From Bacillota bacterium (GTDB lineage Bacteria > Pseudomonadota > Gammaproteobacteria > Natronospirales > REEB76), in NCBI GenBank assembly GCA_050261675.1, contig JBLNDO010000030.1:11424-75423 (forward strand): DNA of 64,000 nt, given 5' to 3'. The translations under genes were made by a program, and so were the position numbers. The notes below the pieces were generated by a model. That model was given only the letters and a program-made list of their open reading frames with translations. It was not told the origin of the DNA and ran no database searches. This document shows, piece by piece, positions 34,003 to 44,645 of this stretch (position 1 is its first letter; each line of letters starts with the position of its first letter).

Positions 34003-34887
34003 ATGGACACCCTGCCCCCACCCAATGCCCTCAAGGCCTTCGAAGCCGCCGCCCGCCACGGCAGCCTGAGCAAGGCGGCCGTGGAACTGCACGTGACACA
34101 CGGAGCCGTGAGCCGCCAGGTGCGCCAGCTGGAGGACTTCCTGGGCTGTGAGCTTTTCCACCGCCTGCCGCGGGGCCTACAACTCACCGCCCGGGGCCGG
34201 GAGTTCGCCTTCGGCGTGCAGGGCGCCTTCGAGCAGATCCGCGAAGCGGTGGCGGCGGTGCGCGTGCCGCGGGATCACCGGGTGGTGACCGTCAGCACGC
34301 TCGCCTCCCTCGCCGCCCGCTGGCTCGTGCCCCGCCTGCACCGTTTCCAGAACGCCCATCCCGAACTCGAGATCCGCTTGAGCACCTCGCCGCAGCTCAC
34401 CAACTTCGACCGGGACGGCATCGATCTCGCCATCCGTTACGGACGCGGCCGCTGGCCCGGCGTGACGGCGCTGCGCCTGTTCACTCCCGAGGAGTTTCCG
34501 GTGTGCTCGCCGAAGCTCCTGGAAGGCGCGCACCCGCTGCGCACACCGGCGGACCTGAAGCACGTGGCGCTCTTGCACGACACCACCCACCGCCACTGGC
34601 AGCAATGGCTGGAACTCGCCAAGGTGCGCGGCGTGGACGCCCACCAGGGCCTGGTGGTGGAGGACATGAACGTGCTCATCCAGGCGGCCATCGAGGGCCA
34701 GGGCGTGGCGCTCGCCTCCGCGCCCCTGGTGCAGGCGGAACTAGAAGCGGGCCGGCTGGTGAAACCCTTCAGCCTGAAGCTGCCGGTGGAACTGGCGTTC
34801 TACGCGGTCTATCCCAAGAGCCACGGCCAGGACGCGGCGGTGCAGTCCCTGATAGCCTGGCTACAGCAAGAGGCCGGGAACACCTGA
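34003..34887 (+). CDS. LysR family transcriptional regulator (GcvA-like subgroup)
   Basis: 'LPPPNALKAFEAAARHGSLSKAAVELHVTHGAVSRQVRQLE'. It is divergent from the decarboxylase operon. Confidence 0.85.
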   Translation: MDTLPPPNALKAFEAAARHGSLSKAAVELHVTHGAVSRQVRQLEDFLGCELFHRLPRGLQLTARGREFAFGVQGAFEQIREAVAAVRVPRDHRVVTVSTLASLAARWLVPRLHRFQNAHPELEIRLSTSPQLTNFDRDGIDLAIRYGRGRWPGVTALRLFTPEEFPVCSPKLLEGAHPLRTPADLKHVALLHDTTHRHWQQWLELAKVRGVDAHQGLVVEDMNVLIQAAIEGQGVALASAPLVQAELEAGRLVKPFSLKLPVELAFYAVYPKSHGQDAAVQSLIAWLQQEAGNT

Positions 34888-34900
34888 AGACGGAATAACC

Positions 34901-35803
34901 ATGAACCGCCTGCGCGCCGACCTCCTGCTCCTGCTCACCGCCTTCATCTGGGGCACGGCCTTCATCGCCCAGAAGGACGCCAACCAAAGCATGGGGCCCG
35001 TGACCTTCGTGGGAGCACGCTTCCTGCTCTCGGCTCTGGCGCTCATCCCGCTCGCCATCTACGAGTGGCGCCACGCGGGCGCGCCCTTGAGCCGACGGGA
35101 CTGGCGGCAAGCCACGGGGGTAGGCCTCTGTCTCGCCTCCGGCGCCTGCCTGCAGCAATTGGGACTCGTGACCACCACCGCCACCAACGGCGGCTTCCTC
35201 ACCGCCCTGTATGTGGTGATCGTGCCCTTCCTGCTCTGGGGCATGATCCGCCGCCGGCCCCGGGTGCTGGTGATCGCGGCCTGCGGCATCTCCATCCTGG
35301 GAGCCTGGCTCCTGGCGGACAACGGCGAAGCCAAACATTGGAGTTTCGGCGACCTGCTGGTGACGCTGGCGGACGTGGCCTGGGCCCTCGCTATCGTGCT
35401 CATCGGCCTTTTCCAGGAACGCACCCACCGGCCTTTCTTCCTGTCCTTCATGCAGTACGCCATCACCGCGGTACTGGCGCTGCCCGCCGGCCTCGCGTTC
35501 GAGCCAGTCAGCCTCCCGGGCTTAAGTGCAGCCCTGCCCGCCATCCTCTACGCCGGACTCCTGTCCGGCGGCGTGGCTTATACCCTGCAGATCGTGGCCC
35601 AGAAGCACACCCCGCCGGCCGAGGCGGCGCTCATCATGTGCCTGGAGAGCGTGTTCGCGGCCCTCGCGGGCGCCGTCATGCTGAAGGAGCGCCTCACGCT
35701 GCCGGCCGCGGTGGGCTGCGCGTTGATACTGCTCGGCGTGGTGATGGTGGAAACGGGGCCGGCACTGCTGCGCAGCCTGAAACCGCGCTTCAGCGAGGAT
35801 TAA
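34901..35803 (+). CDS. DMT superfamily (EamA-type) transporter
   Basis: 300 aa with 10 predicted TM helices ('LLLLLTAFIWGTAFIAQK'). It starts 14 nt downstream of the LysR gene. Confidence 0.8.
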   Translation: MNRLRADLLLLLTAFIWGTAFIAQKDANQSMGPVTFVGARFLLSALALIPLAIYEWRHAGAPLSRRDWRQATGVGLCLASGACLQQLGLVTTTATNGGFLTALYVVIVPFLLWGMIRRRPRVLVIAACGISILGAWLLADNGEAKHWSFGDLLVTLADVAWALAIVLIGLFQERTHRPFFLSFMQYAITAVLALPAGLAFEPVSLPGLSAALPAILYAGLLSGGVAYTLQIVAQKHTPPAEAALIMCLESVFAALAGAVMLKERLTLPAAVGCALILLGVVMVETGPALLRSLKPRFSED

Positions 35804-35810
35804 AGCCCGC

Positions 35811-37085
35811 TCAGGTCGACATATCCTCCACGGGGGCGTCGGGCGAGGGCGGCGCGGTCTTGTGGGTGCGCTTCTGCTCGTACATGGCCCGGTCGGCGGT
35901 GTTGACCGCGTTGCGCAGCCCGTCCAGATCGCCGTAATCCGCCCCACCCATGCTCACTTCCAGCTTGAGACTCACGCTGCCGTCGAACACCGTGAGCGGC
36001 GGTGCCTTATATAGGAGCCGGTTCAGGCGCTCCGCCACGCTGACATAGGTGGCGCCGGGCAGGAGCAGCAAGAACTCGTCGCCGCCCCAGCGGTAAAGCT
36101 GGTCCGCCGGGCGCAAGCCTCCGCGCAGCACCAGCACGAAGTACTTGAGCAGTTCGTCGCCCGCCTCGTGGCCGTGGCTGTCGTTCACGTGCTTCAGGTT
36201 GTCGAGGTCGAAGATGAACACCGAGCCGTAGGTAGAGCCGGCCGCCTGCAGGAATATCCCGCGGGTGAAGGCCATGCGGTTGTAGACGCCAGTGAGGATG
36301 TCCGTGAGCGATTCGTGCAAGAGCTTCTCGTGGGCGACCGCGAGTTCGGCGTGGGCGGCGTTGGTCTCGCGGCGCGCCTCCTCCAGGAGCATCAGCACCA
36401 TCCCGAAGGCCATAAGGAGTTCCAGCAGCGAATCGAAATACCCGTTGAAATCCGCCACCAGCGCCACGAACGGGGTATAGGACTGGAGCGGGATGAAATG
36501 CTGCTTGTACAGCGCGAGGCTGTAGAGCAGCCACAAGAGCGCGTAGAACATGAACGACATGCCGGTAACACGGGTTCCCAGGCTGCGGCGCACCGGCGGC
36601 ACGCTCAGCAGCCGCACGCCGCTGTAGAGCGGCACCAGGATACAGAACGGCAGCTGCAGCAGCATGAGCTCATTCAAGTCAGCTGCGAGCGGAAACGAGG
36701 CGAGTCCGGCGCCCACGCCTGCGAGCCACCCGAACCTCACGAATTGCGTCGGCAGCCTGCCGCTCAGGAATTCGGTCGTCCCGGTGAGCAGCATGACGAG
36801 GAACAGGAACTTGCCGAGCTGGTAAAGCAGCAACAGGGCGGGCTGCACCGCCGACAGTTCCCACGCCGTGAGCTTCAAGTGCGGCAGGCCGTAGAAGTCT
36901 ATGGCCAGGAACGAGAGCGCCAGCACCAGGGCGACCCAGGCATAGGACCAGAACTGGAAGAAGCGGCAGCGGCGCCCCGCGTGGCGCTTGAGCAGCAGGA
37001 AAAACAGCCACAAAAGCGCCGTGATACCGGCCTGCCCGAACAGGCCGATGAAGGAGATCAAGGCCCAAAAGTATTCTTCTGTCAC
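35811..37085 (-). CDS. membrane-anchored diguanylate cyclase (GGDEF with RxxD I-site)
   Basis: About 6 TM helices, then 'RPADQLYRWGGDEFLLLL'. The start is uncertain: GTG 37085 is preferred, and the ATG 37205/37247 extensions are Arg/Pro/Gly-rich. Confidence 0.75.
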   Translation of the reverse strand: MTEEYFWALISFIGLFGQAGITALLWLFFLLLKRHAGRRCRFFQFWSYAWVALVLALSFLAIDFYGLPHLKLTAWELSAVQPALLLLYQLGKFLFLVMLLTGTTEFLSGRLPTQFVRFGWLAGVGAGLASFPLAADLNELMLLQLPFCILVPLYSGVRLLSVPPVRRSLGTRVTGMSFMFYALLWLLYSLALYKQHFIPLQSYTPFVALVADFNGYFDSLLELLMAFGMVLMLLEEARRETNAAHAELAVAHEKLLHESLTDILTGVYNRMAFTRGIFLQAAGSTYGSVFIFDLDNLKHVNDSHGHEAGDELLKYFVLVLRGGLRPADQLYRWGGDEFLLLLPGATYVSVAERLNRLLYKAPPLTVFDGSVSLKLEVSMGGADYGDLDGLRNAVNTADRAMYEQKRTHKTAPPSPDAPVEDMST

Positions 37086-37304
37086 TATCCCTGGCCTGAG
37101 GGGGAAGCGCTCCAGCCCGCGGGAAAGTATAGACCTCCCGTCCGGCCCCCACGGCCGGGAGCCCGGATTCCATCGACCCAAATACGTGCGCCCGGCACTG
37201 GACATAAGCACCCCGAATCTGCACACTGCGCCCGGACTTCTTGGCAATCAGGGTCGGATCCGGAACCCCGCTTGAAGACGGGACGGGAGAGACCGGGAGA
37301 CGTG

Positions 37305-39320
37305 ATGGCGTTGGCCACCATGGTGGACCCGCGCGTGCCAAGCCGGGACGTGACCCGGCAGGTGCAGGCGGAACTCACCAACCTGCTCTATCAGAACACC
37401 CGCGGGATGCACCTCGCGGGCCTCGCCGTCTCCCTCCTTCTGGTGATCATGTTCCGTGACAGCGCCCTGGACCGCCGCGTCCTGGAAGCCTGGTTCGCGT
37501 GCATGGCGGCCATCGAACTCGGCCGCGGACTCCTGAGCCGCCGCTTCCGCCACCGCAGCATCCCCCTGAACGACGCCCGTCCCTGGCGGCGGCGCTTCAA
37601 TTCGGGTTCGCTGCTCTCGGCCCTCGGCTGGGGCGCGGCGGGCGTGTTCCTGTTCCCCGCCGGCGACGTGCCGCATCAGCTGTTCCTGACCATGGTCGTG
37701 CTCGGCGCCTGCGCCGTCACCCTGCCGGCGCTGTCGGCGGACCTGGTCTGCTACCTCAGCTTCCTGCTGCTCGCCGCCCTGCCCCTGTCCGCGCGGCTCA
37801 TCGCCGCGGGCGGCGAGATCCCGCTCACGGCGGGCATCATGGCCTGCGTCGGCATCGTGCTCCTGGTGCGCATGGCCTTCGGGACGCACAAGCGGCTCGT
37901 GGAGCAACTCAACATCCGCTTCGCGGTAGCCGACATCGCCGAGGAACTGCGCATCGAGATGTCGGACCGGCGGCGCGCCGAGGAACAGCTCACCCAGCTC
38001 GCGAACTACGATCCGCTCACGGGCCTGCCGAACCGCACGCTCTTCGAACACAAGCTCGGGCGCGCCATCGCCCGCGCCCGCGGCGGCCAAGCGCAGATCT
38101 CGGTGCTGTTCGTGGACCTGGACCGGTTCAAGACCATCAACGACTCCCTCGGCCACAACATCGGCGACGAAGTGCTGAAGCGCGTGGCCCAGCGCCTGCA
38201 GCGCTCCGTGACCGAACGCGACACCGTGGCGCGGCTCTCGGGCGACGAGTTCATCATGCTCATCGAGGACGCCGAGGACCGCGACGACCTCAACATGCTC
38301 GCCGAGCGCATCCTCCGGGTCATCGCCAAGCCCATGTTGCTCGGCGAGACCGAGCTGCGCATCACCGCCAGCATCGGCATCACCCTGCTCGCGGAAGACA
38401 GTCCGGACGTGAAGAGCCTGCTCGCCAACGCCGACACCGCGCTCTACCGTGCCAAGAAGCGCGGCCGCAACCGCGCCCAGTTCTTCACGCCCGACATGCA
38501 TGAGGCGGCGATCCAGCGCCTGGGCCGCGAGGTGGAATTGCGCAAGGCGCTCAGACGCGACGAACTCAGACTCCACTACCAGCCGCTCTACGACCTGCCG
38601 AGCGGACGGCTCACGGGCGTGGAGGCCCTGGTGCGCTGGCAGAGCCACGAGTTCGGCCTGGTCCCGCCCTCGGAATTCATCCCGCTCGCCGAGGAGACCG
38701 GCCTCATCATCCCGATCGGCGAGTGGGTGCTGCGCGTGGCCTGCCGCCAGGCGGTACACTGGCGCGCCATCTGCGGCGAGCATTTCCACATGGCGGTGAA
38801 CCTCTCGGCGCGCCAGTTCACCCAGCCCGACCTCGCCGGCAGCATCGGCCGCATCCTGGGCGAGACCGGGCTCCCGCCCTCGGCGCTGCTCCTGGAGATC
38901 ACCGAGAGCGTGACGCTTGCCAACGAGGAAGGGAACATGGAAGAGCTGCGCAAGCTGCGCGGCCTCGGCATCCGCCTCGCGCTCGACGACTTCGGCACCG
39001 GCAATTCCTCGCTCGGCTACCTGAAGCGCTTTCCCATCGAGGTGCTGAAACTCGACCAGAGCTTCGTGCGCGACGTGGCGCACAACCCGCAGGACGCCGC
39101 GGTGGCGCGCGCCACCATCCGCCTCGCCAACACCCTCGGCCTGCACGTGGTGGCGGAAGGCGTGGAGACCGAGGACCAACTCGAATGGCTGCAGCGCGAG
39201 AGCTGTGCACTCATCCAGGGCTACCTGTTCAGCGAGCCTCTGGACGTGGACGCCTGCGAGCACCTCCTACGGCAGGGCACCCACGTCATGCCCACCGTGG
39301 GCGGCACGTCGCTCAACTGA
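37305..39320 (+). CDS. membrane GGDEF(degenerate, SGDEF)-EAL protein, probable c-di-GMP phosphodiesterase
   Basis: ATG 37305 with GGGAGA RBS. An N-terminal 5-6 TM module is followed by 'ARLSGDEFIMLI', 'EALVRW', 'DDFGTGNSSLGYL' and 'QGYLFS'. Confidence 0.85.
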   Translation: MALATMVDPRVPSRDVTRQVQAELTNLLYQNTRGMHLAGLAVSLLLVIMFRDSALDRRVLEAWFACMAAIELGRGLLSRRFRHRSIPLNDARPWRRRFNSGSLLSALGWGAAGVFLFPAGDVPHQLFLTMVVLGACAVTLPALSADLVCYLSFLLLAALPLSARLIAAGGEIPLTAGIMACVGIVLLVRMAFGTHKRLVEQLNIRFAVADIAEELRIEMSDRRRAEEQLTQLANYDPLTGLPNRTLFEHKLGRAIARARGGQAQISVLFVDLDRFKTINDSLGHNIGDEVLKRVAQRLQRSVTERDTVARLSGDEFIMLIEDAEDRDDLNMLAERILRVIAKPMLLGETELRITASIGITLLAEDSPDVKSLLANADTALYRAKKRGRNRAQFFTPDMHEAAIQRLGREVELRKALRRDELRLHYQPLYDLPSGRLTGVEALVRWQSHEFGLVPPSEFIPLAEETGLIIPIGEWVLRVACRQAVHWRAICGEHFHMAVNLSARQFTQPDLAGSIGRILGETGLPPSALLLEITESVTLANEEGNMEELRKLRGLGIRLALDDFGTGNSSLGYLKRFPIEVLKLDQSFVRDVAHNPQDAAVARATIRLANTLGLHVVAEGVETEDQLEWLQRESCALIQGYLFSEPLDVDACEHLLRQGTHVMPTVGGTSLN

Positions 39321-39368
39321 CCTTATCTGCTACCATCCGCTGGGTGTTCCTCCGGCGACTGACCAGCC

Positions 39369-39974
39369 ATGTCCCATGAACTCCTGCGGGATTACGGCTA
39401 TGTGATGCTGTTCTGCGTGATGCTGGCGGAAAGCTTCGGCATCCCCGCCCCCGGGCAGACGCTCCTCATCGCCACCGCCCTGCTCGCTTCCCGCGGCGAA
39501 CTCAACATCGCCGTGGTGCTCTTGGCCGCCTTCGTTGGCACCGCACTCGGCGGCGTCATCGGCTACGGCATCGGCACCTACGGCGGCCGGAGCGTGATCC
39601 TGCGTTTCGGCCGCTACGTGCGCATCGGCAAGCCGGAACTCAAACGCCTCGAGAACTCCTTCACGCGTTACGGGATCGGCTTCGTGCTGTTCGCGCGTTT
39701 CTTCGAGGTGCTGCGGCAGCTGAACGGCATCGTCGCCGGCACCGTGGGCATGCCGCTGCGCGCCTTCCTGCTGTCCAACTTGGCCGGGTCCGCCCTGTGG
39801 GTGGGCGTGTGGGGACTTGGAAGCTGGCGGCTGGGCAAGCAGATGGAGAGCTACTCCGATATCGCCCAGAAAGCCAGCGCGCTGGTGGTGGTGCTGGGGC
39901 TCCTGGTGCTGCTGACGCTGCTCGGCCTTTACATCAAGCACCATTGGCGCAAGCGTCGCGCGCGTGGGCACTAG
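39369..39974 (+). CDS. DedA family membrane protein
   Basis: 'YGYVMLFCVMLAESFGIPAPGQTLLIA' and 'GRYVRIGKPELKRLENSFTRYG' are DedA/SNARE-associated motifs. Confidence 0.8.
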   Translation: MSHELLRDYGYVMLFCVMLAESFGIPAPGQTLLIATALLASRGELNIAVVLLAAFVGTALGGVIGYGIGTYGGRSVILRFGRYVRIGKPELKRLENSFTRYGIGFVLFARFFEVLRQLNGIVAGTVGMPLRAFLLSNLAGSALWVGVWGLGSWRLGKQMESYSDIAQKASALVVVLGLLVLLTLLGLYIKHHWRKRRARGH

Positions 39975-40042
39975 CTCCGCCAAGACTTAGGCAGCCGTTC
40001 TGGACTATACTTCGACGAAACACATCCACTGGGGGGTGGATC

Positions 40043-40534
40043 ATGAAAAGACTCGTCTGGTTGATATTCATCCTGGCCTTCGCCGCCTGCAGCAAGGCCC
40101 CTGACGTCACCGTGCAGGGCGCGGCGCCCAACGCCAACGTGCAGGCCATCGTGGACGACGCCACCAAGATGCTCAATACCGCCTGCACCGGCCTTAACCA
40201 GTATGTCTACGACCTGGTGAAGAAAAGCTGGAGCGCCTCGGTGTCCAACAACGCCGGCAACAGCTTCAATTACCACACCGAGCGCTGGGGCTGGACCAAG
40301 TGGGTGACCCTGAGCGTGCAGGTGAGCCCCAAGGCGAAGGACCTGCCCAAGGAATGGGACGCCCCAGGCAAGATCCTCACCTACGACATCGGCGGCGGGA
40401 AATACCCCGGCATCGCCACCCGCGACAAGCTCTCGCAGCTCATGTGCCGCTCCATGTCCGTGAGCAACAGCGTCGAGGACCCGGACAGCCACCTCGACTG
40501 GCCGGACGCGAGCGAAATCGACAAGCTGCCCTGA
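40043..40534 (+). CDS. lipoprotein, function unknown
   Basis: ATG 40043 (RBS ggggggtgg) with lipobox 'LAFAAC|S'. The remainder of ORF 39797..40534 is a 5' artefact. Confidence 0.65.
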   Translation: MKRLVWLIFILAFAACSKAPDVTVQGAAPNANVQAIVDDATKMLNTACTGLNQYVYDLVKKSWSASVSNNAGNSFNYHTERWGWTKWVTLSVQVSPKAKDLPKEWDAPGKILTYDIGGGKYPGIATRDKLSQLMCRSMSVSNSVEDPDSHLDWPDASEIDKLP

Positions 40535-40556
40535 ACGGCGGCAGATTCGGAAATCG

Positions 40557-40586
40557 GGCCGAGAGGCTTTCCTCTCGGCCTTTTTT
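40557..40586 (+). terminator. rho-independent terminator
   Basis: ggccgagagg-cttt-cctctcggcc followed by tttttt. Confidence 0.85.
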
Positions 40587-40639
40587 ATCCCCGGCGCACG
40601 GTTTATCCTGAACCCCGTACCGGAATTACGCCGACCACC

Positions 40640-41449
40640 ATGACCGAAGAGCCGATACCGCCGAAACCGCCGCGCCGCCTCCTGTCCTCGGGCATGCCCG
40701 GGGCGGATTACGGCGTGTTCCTGCTGGCGGCGCCGCTCATCGGCATGGCGGCGCTCGTCATCACCGCCTTCGCCGCCCATTCCCTGAGCGGCTACTTCTG
40801 GTTACTGGCGCTCACCGCGTTCGTCACCGCGCTGCTCGCGGTGCTGGAGATCTTCCAGGCGCCGGCCGCCTGGGATTCGGGCAGTCCCGCAAGGCTCATG
40901 GGCCGTTGGGCCGCCGCCATCCTGTTTCTCTGGCCGGCCGGTTACCCCCTGTATCTCCGGGCTCGCAAGCAACTCAGGCTGGACGACTGGATGAAGGCGG
41001 CGGTGCTGGTGGAAATCCTTTTCCTAGCCGGTGCCGTGGGCGCCGCGGCCGTCACCGTCACGGGTTACGGCACGCCGCCGCCGGAGGCCGCTGCGGCCGA
41101 AGAAAAGGACGTGGGCCTGCTCACGGCCGACCGCCACTGGCTGCCGGACAAGGACGACATCGACATCGTGAAGACCGGGCACCTGGACACCTGCCCGCAG
41201 AAGACCCTCGACCGGGAGGTTTCGGGCTATTTCGAGACACCGCGCTGGGACGCCGGCGCCACCGCCGACGGGCTGGATTTCGTGAACGCCAGCGGCATCG
41301 TCACTTACCAGGACAAGCCGGCGGTGGCTGTGCTGCAGTTCGTGATGAACAGGGACAAGAGCGGCTTCCGTTACCAGGCGTTCACCATCAACGGTGTGCC
41401 GCAACCGCTTTACGTGGCGGCGTTCACTTTAGCCCAGATGTGCGAATAG
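40640..41449 (+). CDS. membrane protein (4 TM) with C-terminal soluble domain, function unknown
   Basis: 269-aa ORF with a hydrophobic N-terminal half and a C-terminal ~110-aa domain. No family recognised. Confidence 0.55.
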   Translation: MTEEPIPPKPPRRLLSSGMPGADYGVFLLAAPLIGMAALVITAFAAHSLSGYFWLLALTAFVTALLAVLEIFQAPAAWDSGSPARLMGRWAAAILFLWPAGYPLYLRARKQLRLDDWMKAAVLVEILFLAGAVGAAAVTVTGYGTPPPEAAAAEEKDVGLLTADRHWLPDKDDIDIVKTGHLDTCPQKTLDREVSGYFETPRWDAGATADGLDFVNASGIVTYQDKPAVAVLQFVMNRDKSGFRYQAFTINGVPQPLYVAAFTLAQMCE

Positions 41450-42026
41450 CCGCGGGCGCCTTCGCGGGCGCGGGCTCCACCCTCGTGAGCAGGTTCTGGG
41501 CCTCGTGCAGCCGGTGCCGGATCGAATTCAGGTAGGCGTCCTTCTCGATTTCCTGATCCGACATGGTGCGCGCGTGGTACGGCCCCTTGTTGTAGCAGAC
41601 GACGCCGCGTTCCCAGGATGTCATGGTCTGCATGCAATAGGAAAGATAGCGGGCTGCGGTACGGATGTTGAAGGAATCGTTGTGCTGCAGCTTGTGCGCG
41701 GTCACCGGCTCGCCGTTGACGAGCTTGGCCGCGGGCTTGCGCACCTGGCCGCAACCGTAGGAAGTCTTGTCCATGCCGCGTTTGTGCTGGCAGAGGCTCG
41801 ATTCCTGGGCGAGCACCGCCGTGAGCGTGCGGGGAAAATCGTAGGACGCCGGCAGGGAATCGGCGTAATAGCTCGTACCCACCACGGAGGCGTAAAGCAC
41901 CGCCCAGTTCTGCTCGCGCGAGAGGGCATTCCCGGCGGGGGACGCGACGGCGGCGCTGCAGAAGACGAAGAGCGCGGCGGACGCCAGCGCCAGACAAACC
42001 TTCCGGATCAAACCCTGTTCTCCCAT
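41424..42026 (-). CDS. secreted lytic transglycosylase-like (SLT-domain) protein
   Basis: Signal peptide, then 'LTAVLAQESSLCQ' (catalytic Glu-Ser motif), 'YGCGQV' and 'AARYLSYC'. Confidence 0.55.
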   Translation of the reverse strand: MGEQGLIRKVCLALASAALFVFCSAAVASPAGNALSREQNWAVLYASVVGTSYYADSLPASYDFPRTLTAVLAQESSLCQHKRGMDKTSYGCGQVRKPAAKLVNGEPVTAHKLQHNDSFNIRTAARYLSYCMQTMTSWERGVVCYNKGPYHARTMSDQEIEKDAYLNSIRHRLHEAQNLLTRVEPAPAKAPAAIRTSGLK

Positions 42027-42119
42027 ACCTGATAGAAGCGCATCCGGGTGCTTCCAGTTGACATATTATACAAGTCGCTGATTTGTCAAACAAGCGGAAG
42101 CGGCGCTTTTGGCTGCGTT

Positions 42120-42386
42120 TCAGCGCAGCTGGCTGTCTTTGCTGCCGCGGCGATTGTAGAGGTTGTGGGTCTTCACCTGCTTGTCCGCTTCCACCTGGCA
42201 GGCGAGGCAGAGGCGTACCCCGGGCACGGCCCGGCGCCGCGCCTCGGGGATGTCGGCGCCGCACTCCGCACAGTGCTTGAGGCCCAGACCCGTGGGAATG
42301 CGGCGGCGCACGTTCTTGACGGCGTCCTTGATGGACGCGTCGATCTGCTCCTGCACCGCTCCGTCCTTCGCCCAACCCGTGGCCAT
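42120..42386 (-). CDS. DksA/TraR family C4-type zinc-finger protein
   Basis: 88 aa with 'CAECGADIPEARRRAVPGVRLCLACQ' (CxxC-x17-CxxC). Confidence 0.85.
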   Translation of the reverse strand: MATGWAKDGAVQEQIDASIKDAVKNVRRRIPTGLGLKHCAECGADIPEARRRAVPGVRLCLACQVEADKQVKTHNLYNRRGSKDSQLR

Positions 42387-42413
42387 GCCCGACTCCGGTG
42401 ATTACCGCGATGA

Positions 42414-43472
<1,059 letters not shown>

Positions 43473-43475
43473 GCC

Positions 43476-44120
43476 GTGCGCATCGGCATCCTGGGCTCCG
43501 GATTGATGGGGGCCAAGCTCGGCACGCTTTTCGCCCGGGCCGGCCATGAGGTCATCTTCAGCTACGCCCGAAGTGAGCAGAAACTCAAGCGCCTCGCGCG
43601 TAAGGCAGGCCGCAAGGCACGGGCCGGGACGGTCCGGGAAACCGCTCGGGATGCGGACGCGGTTTTAATGGCGGTGCATTGGTCACGGGTCCCGGACGTG
43701 CTGAGGCAAGCGGGCAGCCTCTCGGGGAAGCTGGTACTCAGCTGCTCCCTGCCCATGAACAAGGACAACACCGAATTGGTGATCGCCCACACTTCTTCGG
43801 GTGCCGAAGAACTGGCGAAGAAAATCCCCAAGGCCAAGGTGGTGGGCGCCTTCGGTACCGTGCCCAGCGAAGTGCTATTCGATGTCTACGCCGCCCGGCG
43901 CAGGAAGAACCGCCCCAGCCTCGTCTACTACGGCGACGATAAGCGCGCCAAGAAACTCGCCGCCGGATTGATCCGCGAACTGGGCTTCGAACCGGTGGAC
44001 GCGGGTTCGTTGAAAATCGCCCGCTACGTCGAGCCTTTCACCCTGCTCATCGCGCAGCTCGCCTATGAAGGCCGCGGCGGGGCGGAGCTGGCCTATCGCT
44101 TTGAACGCTTCGGGGATTGA
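43476..44120 (+). CDS. NADP oxidoreductase, coenzyme F420-dependent-type (Npd-like) Rossmann protein
   Basis: GTG 43476 lies 4 nt after the AKR stop. 'RIGILGSGLMGAKLGTLFARAGHEV' is a dinucleotide-binding motif. Confidence 0.6.
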   Translation: MRIGILGSGLMGAKLGTLFARAGHEVIFSYARSEQKLKRLARKAGRKARAGTVRETARDADAVLMAVHWSRVPDVLRQAGSLSGKLVLSCSLPMNKDNTELVIAHTSSGAEELAKKIPKAKVVGAFGTVPSEVLFDVYAARRRKNRPSLVYYGDDKRAKKLAAGLIRELGFEPVDAGSLKIARYVEPFTLLIAQLAYEGRGGAELAYRFERFGD

Positions 44121-44198
44121 GCGGCGCGGGCAGGCCGCATCTCAGCGCGGTTGTTTGTCAGATGCCTTCAAGAGGCCGGTGACACGCCAGTCCGGCGG

Positions 44199-44645
44199 CT
44201 AGCGTCCAACCAGGCGTCGCCAGCCTTGGGCCTGTGCCGGGCGCGGCTCGCCCGGGCCAAGGAGGGTATCGCCTTCGTCGCAAGGCCGGAAGAACACCAC
44301 CACCGGAGGGTGCCCCGTGTCGTAGGTGGCGCTCCCGGCGTGGTGGTTCACGAGCGAAGGCACGCTCATCTCACTGTCCTCGGCGATGCGCTCCACCAGC
44401 GCTTGCGGGGCCACCTCCAAGTCCAGGGTCACGAGCCGGCCGTTGGAACGGAAGATCTTCACCGCCGTCACCTCCACCAGTCTTTCCCGTTGGCGGCGCG
44501 AGAGGGAGGTTTTCTCGTCATAGGCATAAACCCGTTGGCCGACCTTCACGTCGGCCCCGTAAGGGCAGAACACGCAGCTTGCGCTGGTCACGTCCTGCAC
44601 GTAGCTCGGCAGCCTTTGCTGCTTGCCCTGTTCCACTGCTGCCAT
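44199..44645 (-). CDS. hypothetical protein
   Basis: 148-aa ORF. The first ~110 aa have a normal composition; the C-terminus is Pro/Gly/Arg-rich. No family recognised. Confidence 0.4.
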   Translation of the reverse strand: MAAVEQGKQQRLPSYVQDVTSASCVFCPYGADVKVGQRVYAYDEKTSLSRRQRERLVEVTAVKIFRSNGRLVTLDLEVAPQALVERIAEDSEMSVPSLVNHHAGSATYDTGHPPVVVFFRPCDEGDTLLGPGEPRPAQAQGWRRLVGR

